DNA of 64,000 nucleotides from Heptranchias perlo (Eukaryota). The stretch is taken from the NCBI RefSeq assembly GCF_035084215.1, contig NW_027139612.1, positions 5,890,001 to 5,954,000 of the forward strand, written 5' to 3'. The translations under genes were made by a program, and so were the position numbers. A model generated the notes under the pieces. That model saw nothing but the letters and a program-made list of their open reading frames with translations, was not told the DNA's origin and searched no databases. This document shows, in pieces, positions 39,547 through 53,740 of the stretch; position 1 is the first letter of the stretch, and every line of letters begins with the position of its first letter.

Positions 39547-40751
39547 TACTTAGCGAGTCCACTTGTTCTTCACAATAGTCGCTTAACACTCGCCTCCAAA
39601 CAGCGCCACGAATTGCCACCTCCCTGAATTTTTTCAATACTTTGTTCCAATCCGCGGTATCGAGTATTCGCAAGTGAGCAACCGCAGAACGGGAAGGCAC
39701 AGTAATCGTGAATGATGCCGAGAAGAGCCCGAGCCTGCGGAAGGCAGACGAGGTCATCGGAAAAGAACAGCAGCCCGAGCTTGAGGAAACAGCGAGAGCT
39801 CTGTCTGTCTGTCTGTCTGACTGACCGATCGAAGGCTGATTTGCCTGAAAGTGAGTGCGGTTTCACGTTTTGTTACTAAAGGCACTCCCTGCTGGTGAGC
39901 AGAGGCAAATGCTAGAGCAAAACAGCCGTTTTCGGGCAGACACAAAAAGCTTTCAGGTTTAAGAAAGGAAAGGAGGTCTCCTGTGCCTCAGCGCCAACAT
40001 GTTAAGCTGTAGGCTGTCTGTAAAGTAAAGAAAACGGCCTTGAGCTAATTTCTGCTTACTCCAAAAGCACGTTCGCTAGTTCCAACCAAAAACCTAAGGA
40101 TGACTTTTATCTGATAATTGTATTGCAGTCCTCCGCTGTACGAAGGGAAGCAGCCAGGATTGCTCTCTTTGGTAAATATTCACTGTGCGCCTTTTGACAC
40201 TCCCGGACTCGTGGATTCACGTGTGCATGACCGAGACTGACTCATTTCCTGCTCAGACCGCAGCGCTGTGGCAGTGTGAGCTGCTACTTTCTCTGCACAC
40301 CGTGCAGCAGTGGATATCGTGTCTAATGACAAATCAGAAGATTGTCTGGACAACTCCGAGCTGACTGGATTCTTTTTTTGCCAACTGTCCATCACTTTAT
40401 GACTTTAGATAGCTTGCAAACTAACCTAATTGGCAGTGCTGCCTGGCAGTTTCCACCGTTCGTGCGCTTTTCACACAGCAGGGAGTATATTAGTTTTATT
40501 AACTTTGTAAATCCTGAGTTCAATCCACAGAAAAGATATCAGGGCCTGTGAAGCTTTTTTCCATGTCTCACTTCATCTTTCCATCTTTGCTAAACACTAA
40601 AATCAAAAACTTTTGCTGACTGCAGCACACCAAAAGATTTACTGCTCCTTGACCTCTATTCATCGAAGCTGAGGATTGACGTGGGTTCTGGATTTGCTGA
40701 AAACTGACACCATTTTTGTTGCTGGACAATTCCCCAAGGTAAAAAAGTGAG

Positions 40752-40824
40752 TGGAGAATGCGGGCATCGATCCCGCTACTTCTCGCATGCTAAGCGAGCG
40801 CTCTACCATTTGAGCTAATTCCCC
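40752..40824 (-). tRNA. trnA-AGC: tRNA-Ala(AGC), intact, copy 7
   Basis: Identical to copy 1 except anticodon loop TT-AGC-AT; T6 terminator. Confidence 0.93.
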
Positions 40825-42049
40825 TGCTTAGCGAGACCAATTGCCCTTCACAATAGTCGCTTCACACCCGCCTCCAAACAGCGCCACGAATTGCCACCTC
40901 CCTGAAATTTTTCAATGCTTTGTTCCAATCCGTGGTATCGAGTATTCGCAAGTGAGCAACCGCAAAACGGGAAGGCACAGTAATCGTGAATGATGCCGAG
41001 AAGAGCCCGAGCCTGCGGAACGCAGACGAGGTCATCGGAAAAGAACAGCAGCCCGAGCTTGAGGAAACAGCGAGAGCTCTGTCTGTCTGTCGGTCTGTCT
41101 GACTGATGGAAGGCTGATTTGCCTGAAAGTGAGTGCGGTTTGACGTGTTGTTATTCAAAGGTACGCCCTGCTGGTGAGCAGAGGCAAGTGCTCGAGCAAA
41201 ACAGCCATTTTCGGGCAGACACAAAAAGCTTTCAGGTTTAAGAAAGGAAAGGAGGTCTCCTGTGCCTCAGCGCCAACATGTTAAGCTTTTGGCTGTCTGT
41301 AAAGTAAAGAAAACGGCCTTGAGCTAATTTCTGCTTACTCCAAAAGCACGTTCGCTAGTTCCAACCAGAAACCTAAGAATGACTTTTCTCTGTTAATTGT
41401 ATTGCAGTCCTCCGCTGTACTTGCTGAACGATCGAAGGGAAGCAGCCAAGATTGCTCTCTTTGGTCAATATTCACTGTGCGCCTTTTGACACTCCCGGAC
41501 TCGTGGGGTCACGTGTGCATGACCGAGACTGACTCATTTCCTGCTCAGACCGCAGCGCTGTGGCAGTATGAGCTGCTCCTTTCTCTGCACACCCGAGACC
41601 AGTGGAGCATTGGATTTCGTGTCTAATGACAAATCAGAAGATTGTCTGGACAACTCCTACCTGACTGGATTGTTTTTGCCAACTGTCCTTTACTTTATGA
41701 CTATAGATAGCTTGCAAACTTACCTTATTGGTAATGCTGCCTGGCAGTCTCCACCGTTCGTGCGCTTTTCACACAGCAGGGAGTGCATTCGTTTTATTAA
41801 CTTTGTAAATCCTGAGTTCAATCCACAGAAAAGATATCAGGACCTGTGAAGCTTTTTTCCATGTCTCACTTCATCTTTCCATCTTTGCTAAACACCAAAA
41901 TCAAAACCTTTTGCTGACTGCAGCACACCGAAAGATTTGCTGCTCATTGATCTCGATTTATCGAAGCTGAGGATTGACGTGGGTTCTGGATTTGCTGAAA
42001 ACTGACACCATTTTTGTTTCGGGACAATTCCCCAAGGAAAAGAAGTGAG

Positions 42050-42122
42050 TGGAGAATGTGGGCATCGATCCCGCTACTTCTCGCATGCAAAGCGAGCGCT
42101 CTAATATTTGAGCTAATTCCCC
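42050..42122 (-). tRNA. trnA-TGC: tRNA-Ala(TGC) copy 8, degenerate
   Basis: D-loop GG lost (ATATTAG), T-stem mismatch. Confidence 0.65.
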
Positions 42123-43347
42123 TGCTTAGCGAGTCCACTTGCCCTTCACAATAGTCGCTTAACACTCGCCTCCAAACAGCGCCACGAATTGCCACCTCCC
42201 TGAATTTTTTCAATGCTTTGTTCCAATCCGCGGTATCGAGTATTCGCAAGTGAGCAACCGCAGAACGGGAAGGCACAGTAATCGTGAATGATGCCGAGAA
42301 GAGCCCGAGCCTGCGGAAGGCAGACGAGGTCATCGGAAAAGAACAGCAGCCCGAGCTTGAGGAAACAGCGAGAGCCCTGTCTGTCTGTCGGTCTGACTGA
42401 CTGATGGAAGGCTGATTTGCCTGAAAGTGAGTGCGGTTTGACGTGTTGTTATTCAAAGGTACGCCCTGCTGGTGAGCAGAGGCAAGTGCTCGAGCAAAAA
42501 AGCCGTTTTCGGGCAGACACAAAAAGATTTCAGGTTTCAGAAAGGAAAGGAGGTCTCCTGTGCCTCAGCGCCAACATGTTAAGCTTTTGGCTGTCTGTAA
42601 AGTAAAGAAAACGGCCTTGAGCTAATTTCTGCTTACTCCAAAAGCACGTTCGCTAGTTCCAACCAGAAACCGAAGGATGACTTTTCTCTGTTAATTGTAT
42701 TGCAGTCCTCCGCTGTACTAGCTGAACGATCGAAGGGAAGCAGCCAAGATTGCTCTCTTTGGTCAATATTCACTGTGCGCCTTTTGACACTCCCGGACTC
42801 GTGGAGTCACGTGTGCATGACCGAGACTGACTCATTTCCTGCTCAGACCGCAGCGCTGTGGCAGTATGAGCTGCTACTTTCTCTGCACACCCGAGACCAG
42901 TGGAACAGTGGATTTCGTGTCTAATGACAAATCAGAAGATTGTCTGGACAACTCCTACCTGACTGGATTGTTTTTGCCAACTGTCCATTACTTTATGACT
43001 ATAGATAGCTTGCAAACTTACCTTATTGGTAATGCTGCCTGGCAGTCTCCACCGTTCGTGCGCTTTTCACACAGCAAGGAGTGCATTAGTTTTATTAACT
43101 TTGTAAATCCTGAGTTCAATCCACAGAAAAGATATCAGGACCTGTGAAGCTTTTTTCCATGTCTCACTTCATCTTTCCATCTTTGCTAAACACCAAAATC
43201 AAAACCTTTTGCTGACTGCAGCACACCTAAAGATTTGCTGCTCATTGATCTCGATTTATCGAAGCGGAGGATTGACGTGCGTTCTGGATTTGCTGAAAAC
43301 TGACACCATTTTTGTTTCGGGACAATTCCCCAAGGTAAAAAAGTGAG

Positions 43348-43420
43348 TGGAGAATGCGGGCATCGATTTCGCTATTTCTCGCATGCAAAGCGAGCGCTCT
43401 ACCATTTGAGCTAATTCCAC
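43348..43420 (-). pseudogene. trnA-TGC: tRNA-Ala(TGC) copy 9, T-arm and acceptor damaged
   Basis: 5' GTGG, T-stem GCGAA. Confidence 0.8.
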
Positions 43421-44634
43421 TACTTAGCAAGTCTACTTGCCCTTCACAATAGTCGCTTAACACTCGCCTCCAAACAACGCCACGAATTGCCACCTCCCTG
43501 AATTTTTTCAATACTTTGTTCCAATCCGCGGTATCGAGTATTCGCAAGTGAGCAACCGCAGAACGGGAAGGCACAGTAATCGTGAATGATGCCGAGAAGA
43601 GCCCGAGCCTGCGGAAGGCAGACGAGGTCATCGGAAAAGAACAGCAGCCCGAGCTTGAGGAAACAGCGAGAGCTCTGTCTATCTGTCGGTCTGTCTGACT
43701 GATTTGCCTGAAAGTGAGTGCGGTTTGACGTGTTGTTATTCAAAGGTACGCCCTGCTGGTGAGCAGAGGCAAGTGCTCGAGCAAAACAGCCGTTTTCGGG
43801 CAGACACAAAAAGCTTTCAGGTTTAAGAAAGGAAAGGAGGTCTCCTGTGCCTCAGCGTCAACATGTTAAGCTTTTGGCTGTCTGTAAAGTAAAGAAAACG
43901 GCCTTGAGCTAATTTCTGCTTACTCCAAAATCACGTTCGCTAGTTCCAACCAGAAACCTAAGGATGACTTTTCTCTGTTAATTGTATTGCAGTCCTCCGC
44001 TGTACTTGCTGAACGATCGAAGGGAAGCAGCCAAGATTGCTCTCTTTGGTCAATATTCACTGTGCGCCTTTTGACACTCCCGGACTCGTGGAGTCACGTG
44101 TGCATGACCGAGACTGACTCATTTCCTGCTCAGACCGCAGCGCTGTGGCAGTATGAGCTGCTACTTTCTCTGCACACCCGAGACCAGTGGAGCATTGGAT
44201 TTCGTGTCTAATGACAAATCAGAAGATTGTCTGGACAACTGCTACCTGACTGGATTGTTTTTGCCAACTGTCCATTACTTTATGACTATAGATAGCTTGC
44301 AAACTTACCTTATTGGTAATGCTGCCTGGCAGTCTCCACCGTTCGTGCGCTTTTCACACAGCAGGGAGTGCATTCGTTTTATTAACTTTGTAAATCCTGA
44401 GTTCAATCCACAGAAAAGATATCAGGACCTGTGAAGCTTTTTTCCATGTCTCACTTCATCTTTCCATCTTTGCTAAACACCAAAATCAAAACCTTTTGCT
44501 GACTGCAGCACACCTAAAGATTTGCTGCTCATTGATCTCGATTTATCGAAGCTGAGGATTGACGTGGGTTCTGGATTTGCTGAAAACTGACACCATTTTT
44601 GTTTCGGGACAATTCCCCAAGGTAAAAAAGTGAG

Positions 44635-44707
44635 TGGAGAATGCGGGCATCGATCCCGCTACTTCTCGCATGCAAAGCGAGCGCTCTACCATTTGAGCTA
44701 ATTCCCC
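44635..44707 (-). tRNA. trnA-TGC: tRNA-Ala(TGC), intact, copy 10
   Basis: Identical to copy 1. Confidence 0.93.
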
Positions 44708-45912
44708 TACTTAGCGAGTCCACTTGCCCTTCAAAATAGTCGCTTAACACTCGCCTCCAAACAGCGCCACGAATTGCCACCTCCCTGAATTTTTTCAATG
44801 CTTTGTTCCAATCCGCGGTATCGAGTATTCGCAAGTGAGCAACCGCAGAACGGGAAGGCACAGTAATCGTGAATGATGCCGAGAAGAGCCCGAGCCTGCG
44901 GAAGGCAGACGAGGTCATCGGAAAAGAACAGCAGCCCGAGCTTGAGGAAACAGCGAGAGCTCTGTCTGTCTGTCTGTCTGACTGACCGATCGAAGGCTGA
45001 TTTGCCTGAAAGTGAGTGCGGTTTCACGTTTTGTTACTAAAGGCACTCCCTGCTGGTGAGCAGAGGCAAATGCTAGAGCAAAACAGCCGTTTTCGGGCAG
45101 ACACAAAAAGCTTTCAGGTTTAAGAAAGGAAAGGAGGTCTCCTGTGCCTCAGCGCCAACATGTTAAGCTGTAGGCTGTCTGTAAAGTAAAGAAAACGGCC
45201 TTGAGCTAATTTCTGCTTACTCCAAAAGCACGTTCGCTAGTTCCAACCAAAAACCTAAGGATGACTTTTATCTGATAATTGTATTGCAGTCCTCCGCTGT
45301 ACGAAGGGAAGCAGCCAGGATTGCTCTCTTTGGTAAATATTCACTGTGCGCCTTTTGACACTCCCGGACTCGTGGATTCACGTGTGCATGACCGAGACTG
45401 ACTCATTTCCTGCTCAGACCGCAGCGCTGTGGCAGTGTGAGCTGCTACTTTCTCTGCACACCGTGCAGCAGTGGATATCGTGTCTAATGACAAATCAGAA
45501 GATTGTCTGGACAACTCCGAGCTGACTGGATTCTTTTTTTGCCAACTGTCCATCACTTTATGACTTTAGATAGCTTGCAAACTAACCTAATTGGCAGTGC
45601 TGCCTGGCAGTTTCCACCGTTCGTGCGCTTTTCACACAGCAGGGAGTATATTAGTTTTATTAACTTTGTAAATCCTGAGTTCAATCCACAGAAAAGATAT
45701 CAGGGCCTGTGAAGCTTTTTTCCATGTCTCACTTCATCTTTCCATCTTTGCTAAACACTAAAATCAAAAACTTTTGCTGACTGCAGCACACCAAAAGATT
45801 TACTGCTCCTTGACCTCTATTCATCGAAGCTGAGGATTGACGTGGGTTCTGGATTTGCTGAAAACTGACACCATTTTTGTTGCTGGACAATTCCTAAAGG
45901 TAAAAAAGTGAG

Positions 45913-45985
45913 TGGAGAATGCGGGCATCGATCCCGCTACTTCTCGCATGCTAAGCGAGCGCTCTACCATTTGAGCTAATTCCCC
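45913..45985 (-). tRNA. trnA-AGC: tRNA-Ala(AGC), intact, copy 11
   Basis: Identical to copy 7. Confidence 0.93.
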
Positions 45986-47210
45986 TGCTTAGCGAGACCA
46001 ATTGCCCTTCACAATAGTCGCTTCACACCCGCCTCCAAACAGCGCCACGAATTGCCACCTCCCTGAAATTTTTCAATGCTTTGTTCCAATCCGTGGTATC
46101 GAGTATTCGCAAGTGAGCAACCGCAAAACGGGAAGGCACAGTAATCGTGAATGCTGCCGAGAAGAGCCCGAGCCTGCGGAACGCAGACGAGGTCATCGGA
46201 AAAGAACAGCAGCCCGAGCTTGAGGAAACAGCGAGAGCTCTGTCTGTCTGTCGGTCTGTCTGACTGATGGAAGGCTGATTTGCCTGAAAGTGAGTGCGGT
46301 TTGACGTGTTGTTATTCAAAGGTACGCCCTGCTGGTGAGCAGAGGCAAGTGCTCGAGCAAAACAGCCGTTTTCGGGCAGACACAAAAAGCTTTCAGGTTT
46401 AAGAAAGGAAAGGAGGTCTCCTGTGCCTCAGCGCCAACATGTTAAGCTTTTGGCTGTCTGTAAAGTAAAGAAAACGGCCTTGAGCTAATTTCTGCTTACT
46501 CCAAAAGCACGTTCGCTAGTTCCAACCAGAAACCTAAGGATGACTTTTCTCTGTTAATTGTATTGCAGTCCTCCGCTGTACTTGCTGAACGATCGAAGGG
46601 AAGCAGCCAAGATTGCTCTCTTTGGTCAATATTCACTGTGCGCCTTTTGACACTCCCGGACTCGTGGGGTCACGTGTGCATGACCGAGACTGACTCATTT
46701 CCTGCTCAGACCGCAGCGCTGTGGCAGTATGAGCTGCTACTTTCTCTGCACACCCGAGACCAGTGGAGCATTGGATTTCGTGTCTAATGACAAATCAGAA
46801 GATTGTCTGGACAACTCCTACCTGACTGGATTGTTTTTGCCAACTGTCCATTACTTAATGACTATAGATAGCTTGCAAACTTACCTTATTGGTAATGCTG
46901 CCTGGCAGTCTCCACCGTTCGTGCGCTTTTCACACAGCAGGGAGTGCATTCGTTTTATTAACTTTTTAAATCCTGAGTTCAATCCACAGAAAAGATATCC
47001 GGACCTGTGAAGCTTTTTTCCATGTCTCACTTCATCTTTCCATCTTTGCTAAACACCAAAATCAAAACCTTTTGCTGACTGCAGCACACCTAAAGATTTG
47101 CTGCTCATTGATCTCGATTTATCGAAGCGGAGGATTGACGTGCGTTCTGGATTTGCTGAAAACTGACACCATTTTTGTTTCGGGACAATTCCCCAAGGTA
47201 AAAAAGTGAG

Positions 47211-47283
47211 TGGAGAATGCGGGCATCGATTTCGCTATTTCTCGCATGCAAAGCGAGCGCTCTACCATTCGAGCTAATTCCAC
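47211..47283 (-). pseudogene. trnA-TGC: tRNA-Ala(TGC) copy 12, T-arm and acceptor damaged
   Basis: Same lesions as copy 9 plus A14>G. Confidence 0.8.
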
Positions 47284-48497
47284 TACTTAGCAAGTCTACT
47301 TGCCCTTCACAATAGTCGCTTAACACTCGCCTCCAAACAACGCCACGAATTGCCACCTCCCTGAATTTTTTCAATACTTTGTTCCAATCCGCGGTATCGA
47401 GTATTCGCAAGTGAGCAACCGCAGAACGGGAAGGCACAGTAATCGTGAATGATGCCGAGAAGAGCCCGAGCCTGCGGAAGGCAGACGAGGTCATCGGAAA
47501 AGAACAGCAGCCCGAGCTTGAGGAAACAGCGAGAGCTCTGTCCATCTGTCGGTCTGTCTGACTGATTTGCCTGAAAGTGAGTGCGGTTTGACGTGTTGTT
47601 ATTCAAAGGTACGCCCTGCTGGTGAGCAGAGGCAAGTGCTCGAGCAAAACAGCCGTTTTCGGGCAGACACAAAAAGCTTTCAGGTTTAAGAAAGGAAAGG
47701 AGGTCTCCTGTGCCTCAGCGTCAACATGTTAAGCTTTTGGCTGTCTGTAAAGTAAAGAAAACGGCCTTGAGCTAATTTCTGCTTACTCCAAAATCACGTT
47801 CGCTAGTTCCAACCAGAAACCTAAGGATGACTTTTCTCTGTTAATTGTATTGCAGTCCTCCGCTGTACTTGCTGAACGATCGAAGGGAAGCAGCCAAGAT
47901 TGCTCTCTTTGGTCAATATTCACTGTGCGCCTTTTGACACTCCCGGACTCGTGGAGTCACGTGTGCATGACCGAGACTGACTCATTTCCTGCTCAGACCG
48001 CAGCGCTGTGGCAGTATGAGCTGCTACTTTCTCTGCACACCCGAGACCAGTGGAGCATTGGATTTCGTGTCTAATGACAAATCAGAAGATTGTCTGGACA
48101 ACTCCTACCTGACTGGATTGTTTTTGCCAACTGTCCATTACTTTATGACTATAGATAGCTTGCAAACTTACCTTATTGGTAATGCTGCCTGGCAGTCTCC
48201 ACCGTTCGTGCGCTTTTCACACAGCAGGGAGTGCATTCATTTTATTAACTTTGTAAATCCTGAGTTCAATCCACAGAAAAGATATCAGGACCTGTGAAGC
48301 TTTTTTCCATGTCTCACTTCATCTTTCCATCTTTGCTAAACACCAAAATCAAAACCTTTTGCTGACTGCAGCACACCAAAAGATTTACTGCTCCTTGACC
48401 TCTATTCATCGAAGCTGAGGATTGACGTGGGTTCTGGATTTGCTGAAAACTGACACCATTTTTGTTGCTGGACAATTCCCCAAGGTAAAAAAGTGAG

Positions 48498-48570
48498 TGG
48501 AGAATGCGGGCATCGATCCCGCTACTTCTCGCATGCTGAGCGAGCGCTCTACCATTTGAGCTAATTCCCC
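48498..48570 (-). tRNA. trnA-AGC: tRNA-Ala(AGC) copy 13, U33>C variant
   Basis: Anticodon loop TC-AGC-AT; otherwise intact. Confidence 0.8.
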
Positions 48571-49795
48571 TGCTTAGCGAGACCAATTGCCCTTCACAAT
48601 AGTCGCTTCACACCCGCCTCCAAACAGCGCCACGAATTGCCACCTCCCTGAAATTTTTCAATGCTTTGTTCCAATCCGTGGTATCGAGTATTCGCAAGTG
48701 AGCAACCGCAGAACGGGAAGACACAGTAATCGTGAATGATGCCGAGAAGAGCCCGAGCCTGCGGAAGGCAGACGAGGTCATCGGAAAAGAACAGCAGCCC
48801 GAGCTTGAGGAAACAGCGAGAGCCCTGTCTGTCTGTCGGTCTGACTGACTGATGGAAGGCTGATTTGCCTGAAAGTGAGTGCGGTTTGACGTGTTGTTAT
48901 TCAAAGGTACGCCCTGCTGGTGAGCAGAGGCAAGTGCTCGAGCAAAAAAGCCGTTTTCGGGCAGACACAAAAAGATTTCAGGTTTCAGAAAGGAAAGGAG
49001 GTCTCCTGTGCCTCAGCGCCAACATGTTAAGCTTTTGGCTGTCTGTAAAGTAAAGAAAACGGCCTTGAGCTAATTTCTGCTTACTCCAAAAGCACGTTCG
49101 CTAGTTCCAACCAGAAACCTAAGGATGACTTTTCTCTGTTAATTGTATTGCAGTCCTCCGCTGTACTAGCTGAACGATCGAAGGGAAGCAGCCAAGATTG
49201 CTCTCTTTGGTCAATATTCACTGTGCGCCTTTTGACACTCCCGGACTCGTGGAGTCACGTGTGCATGACCGAGACTGACTCATTTCCTGCTCAGACCGCA
49301 GCGCTGTGGCAGTGTGAGCTGCTACTTTCTCTGCACACCCGAGACCAGTGGAACAGTGGATTTCGTGTCTAATGACAAATCAGAAGATTGTCTGGACAAC
49401 TCCTACCTGACTGGATTGTTTTTGCCAACTGTCCATTACTTTATGACTATAGATAGCTTGCAAACTTACCTTATTGGTAATGCTGCCTGGCAGTCTCCAC
49501 CGTTCGTGCGCTTTTCACACAGCAGGGAGTGCATTCGTTTTATTAACTTTTTAAATCCTGAGTTCAATCCACAGAAAAGATATCCGGACCTGTGAAGCTT
49601 TTTTCCATGTCTCACTTCATCTTTCCATCTTTGCTAAACACCAAAATCAAAACCTTTTGCTGACTGCAGCACACCTAAAGATTTGCTGCTCATTGATCTC
49701 GATTTATCGAAGCTGAGGATTGACGTGGGTTCTGGATTTGCTGAAAACTGACACCATTTTTGTTGCTGGACAATTCCCCAAGGTAAAAAAGTGAG

Positions 49796-49868
49796 TGGAG
49801 AATGCGGGCGTCGATCCCGCTACTTCTCGCATGCTAAGCGAGCGCTCTACCATTTGAGCTAATTCCCC
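49796..49868 (-). tRNA. trnA-AGC: tRNA-Ala(AGC) copy 14, T-loop variant, stems intact
   Basis: T-loop ATCGACG. Confidence 0.87.
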
Positions 49869-51092
49869 TGCTTAGCGAGACCAATTGCCCTTCACAATAG
49901 TCGCTTCACACCCGCCTCCAAACAGCGCCACGAATGCCACCTCCCTGAAATTTTTCAATGCTTTGTTCCAATCCGTGGTATCGAGTATTCGCAAGTGAGC
50001 AACCGCAAAACGGGAAGGCACAGTAATCGTGAATGATGCCGAGAAGAGCCCGAGCCTGCGGAACGCAGACGAGGTCATCGGAAAAGAACAGCAGCCCGAG
50101 CTTGAGGAAACAGCGAGAGCTCTGTCTGTCTGTCGGTCTGTCTGACTGATGGAAGGCTGATTTGCCTGAAAGTGAGTGCGGTTTGACGTGTTGTTATTCA
50201 AAGGTACGCCCTGCTGGTGAGCAGAGGCAAGTGCTCGAGCAAAACAGCCGTTTTCGGGCAGACACAAAAAGCTTTCAGGTTTCAGAAAGGAAAGGAGGTC
50301 TCCTGTGCCTCAGCGCCAACATGTTAAGCTTTTGGCTGTCTGTAAAGTAAAGAAAACGGCCTTGAGCTAATTTCTGCTTACTCCAAAAGCACGTTCGCTA
50401 GTTCCAACCAGAAACCTAAGGATGACTTTTCTCTGTTAATTGTATTGCAGTCCTCCGCTGTACTTGCTGAACGATCGAAGGGAAGCAGCCAAGATTGCTC
50501 TCTTTGGTCAATATTCACTGTGCGCCTTTTGACACTCCCGGACTCGTGGGGTCACGTGTGCATGACCGAGACTGACTCATTTCCTGCTCAGACCGCAACG
50601 CTGTGGCAGTATGAGCTGCTACTTTCTCTGCACACCCGAGACCAGTGGAGCATTGGATTTCGTGTCTAATGACAAATCAGAAGATTGTCTGGACAACTCC
50701 TACCTGACTGGATTGTTTTTGCCAACTGTCCATTACTTTATGACTATAGATAGCTTGCAAACTTACCTTATTGGTAATGCTGCCTGGCAGTCTCCACCGT
50801 TCGTGCGCTTTTCACACAGCAGGGAGTGCATTCGTTTTATTAACTTTTTAAATCCTGAGTTCAATCCACAGAAAAGATATCCGGACCTGTGAAGCTTTTT
50901 TCCATGTCTCACTTCATCTTTCCATCTTTGCTAAACACCAAAATCAAAACCTTTTGCTGACTGCAGCACACCTAAAGATTTGCTGCTCATTGATCTCGAT
51001 TTATCGAAGCTGAGGATTGACGTGGGTTCTGGATTTGCTGAAAACTGACACCATTTTTGTTTCGGGACAATTCCCCAAGGTAAAAAAGTGAG

Positions 51093-51165
51093 TGGAGAAT
51101 GCGGGCATCGAGCCCGCTACTTCTCGCATGCAAAGCGAGCGCTCTACCATTTGAGCTAATTCCCC
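51093..51165 (-). tRNA. trnA-TGC: tRNA-Ala(TGC) copy 15, T-loop variant
   Basis: T-loop CTCGATG; stems intact. Confidence 0.82.
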
Positions 51166-52370
51166 TACTTAGCGAGTCCACTTGCCCTTCACAATAGTCG
51201 CTTAACACTCGCCTCCAAACAGCGCCACGAATTGCCACCTCCCTGAATTTTTTCAATGCTTTGTTCCAATCCGCGGTATCGAGTATTCGCAAGTGAGCAA
51301 CCGCAGAACGGGAAGGCACAGTAATCGTGAATGATGCCGAGAAGAGCCCGAGCCTGCGGAAGGCAGACGAGGTCATCGGAAAAGAACAGCAGCCCGAGCT
51401 TGAGGAAACAGCGAGAGCTCTGTCTGTCTGTCTGTCTGACTGACCGATCGAAGGCTGATTTGCCTGAAAGTGAGTGCGGTTTCACGTTTTGTTACTAAAG
51501 GCACTCCCTGCTGGTGAGCAGAGGCAAATGCTAGAGCAAAACAGCCGTTTTCGGGCAGACACAAAAAGCTTTCAGGTTTAAGAAAGGAAAGGAGGTCTCC
51601 TGTGCCTCAGCGCCAACATGTTAAGCTGTAGGCTGTCTGTAAAGTAAAGAAAACGGCCTTGAGCTAATTTCTGCTTACTCCAAAAGCACGTTCGCTAGTT
51701 CCAACCAAAAACCTAAGGATGACTTTTATCTGATAATTGTATTGCAGTCCTCCGCTGTACGAAGGGAAGCAGCCAGGATTGCTCTCTTTGGTAAATATTC
51801 ACTGTGCGCCTTTTGACACTCCCGGACTCGTGGATTCACGTGTGCATGACCGAGACTGACTCATTTCCTGCTCAGACCGCAGCGCTGTGGCAGTGTGAGC
51901 TGCTACTTTCTCTGCACACCGTGCAGCAGTGGATATCGTGTCTAATGACAAATCAGAAGATTGTCTGGACAACTCCGAGCTGACTGGATTCTTTTTTTGC
52001 CAACTGTCCATCACTTTATGACTTTAGATAGCTTGCAAACTAACCTAATTGGCAGTGCTGCCTGGCAGTTTCCACCGTTCGTGCGCTTTTCACACAGCAG
52101 GGAGTATATTAGTTTTATTAACTTTGTAAATCCTGAGTTCAATCCACAGAAAAGATATCAGGGCCTGTGATGCTTTTTTCCATGTCTCACTTCATCTTTC
52201 CATCTTTGCTAAACACTAAAATCAAAAACTTTTGCTGACTGCAGCACACCAAAAGATTTACTGCTCCTTGACCTCTATTCATCGAAGCTGAGGATTGACG
52301 TGGGTTCTGGATTTGCTGAAAACTGACACCATTTTTGTTGCTGGACAATTCCCCAAGGTAAAAAAGTGAG

Positions 52371-52443
52371 TGGAGAATGCGGGCGTCGATCCCGCTACTT
52401 CTCGCATGCTAAGCAAGCGCTCTACCATTTGAGCTAATTCCCC
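52371..52443 (-). tRNA. trnA-AGC: tRNA-Ala(AGC) copy 16, near intact
   Basis: T-loop ATCGACG and a G:U pair in the anticodon stem. Confidence 0.85.
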
Positions 52444-53667
52444 TGCTTAGCGAGACCAATTGCCCTTCACAATAGTCGCTTCACACCCGCCTCCAAACAG
52501 CGCCACGAATGCCAACTCCCTGAAATTTTTCAATGCTTTGTTCCAATCCGTGGTATCGAGTATTCGCAAGTGAGCAACCGCAAAACGGGAAGGCACAGTA
52601 ATCGTGAATGATGCCGAGAAGAGCCCGAGCCTGCGGAACGCAGACGAGGTCATCGGAAAAGAACAGCAGCCCGAGCTTGAGGAAACAGCGAGAGCTCTGT
52701 CTGTCTGTCGGTCTGTCTGACTGATGGAAGGCTGATTTGCCTGAAAGTGAGTGCGGTTTGACGTGTTGTTATTCAAAGGTACGCCCTGCTGGTGAGCAGA
52801 GGCAAGTGCTCGAGCAAAACAGCCGTTTTCGGGCAGACACAAAAAGCTTTCAGGTTTAAGAAAGGAAAGGAGGTCTCCTGTGCCTCAGCGCCAACATGTT
52901 AAGCTTTTGGCTGTCTGTAAAGTAAAGAAAACGGCCTTGAGCTAATTTCTGCTTACTCCAAAAGCACGTTCGCTAGTTCCAACCAGAAACCTAAGGATGA
53001 CTTTTCTCTGTTAATTGTATTGCAGTCCTCCGCTGTACTTGCTGAACGATCGAAGGGAAGCAGCCAAGATTGCTCTCTTTGGTCAATATTCACTGTGCGC
53101 CTTTTGACACTCCCGGACTCGTGGGGTCACGTGTGCATGACCGAGACTGACTCATTTCCTGCTCAGACCGCAGCGCTGTGGCAGTATGAGCTGCTACTTT
53201 CTCTGCACACCCGAGACCAGTGGAGCATTGGATTTCGTGTCTAATGACAAATCAGAAGATTGTCTGGACAACTCCTACCTGACTGGATTGTTTTTGCCAA
53301 CTGTCCATTACTTTATGACTATAGATAGCTTGCAAACTTACCTTATTGGTAATGCTGCCTGGCAGTCTCCACCGTTCGTGCGCTTTTCACACAGCAGGGA
53401 GTGCATTCGTTTTATTAACTTTTTAAATCCTGAGTTCAATCCACAGAAAAGATATCCGGACCTGTGAAGCTTTTTTCCATGTCTCACTTCATCTTTCCAT
53501 CTTTGCTAAACACCAAAATCAAAACCTTTTGCTGACTGCAGCACACCTAAAGATTTGCTGCTCATTGATCTCGATTTATCGAAGCTGAGGATTGACGTGG
53601 GTTCTGGATTTGCTGAAAACTGACACCATTTTTGTTTCGGGACAATTCCCCAAGGTAAAAAAGTGAG

Positions 53668-53740
53668 TGGAGAATGCGTGCATCGATCCGGCTACTTCTC
53701 GCATGCAAAGCGAGCGCTCTACCATTTGAGCTAATTCCCC
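53668..53740 (-). tRNA. trnA-TGC: tRNA-Ala(TGC) copy 17, two T-stem mismatches
   Basis: T-stem GCCGG/CACGC. Confidence 0.68.
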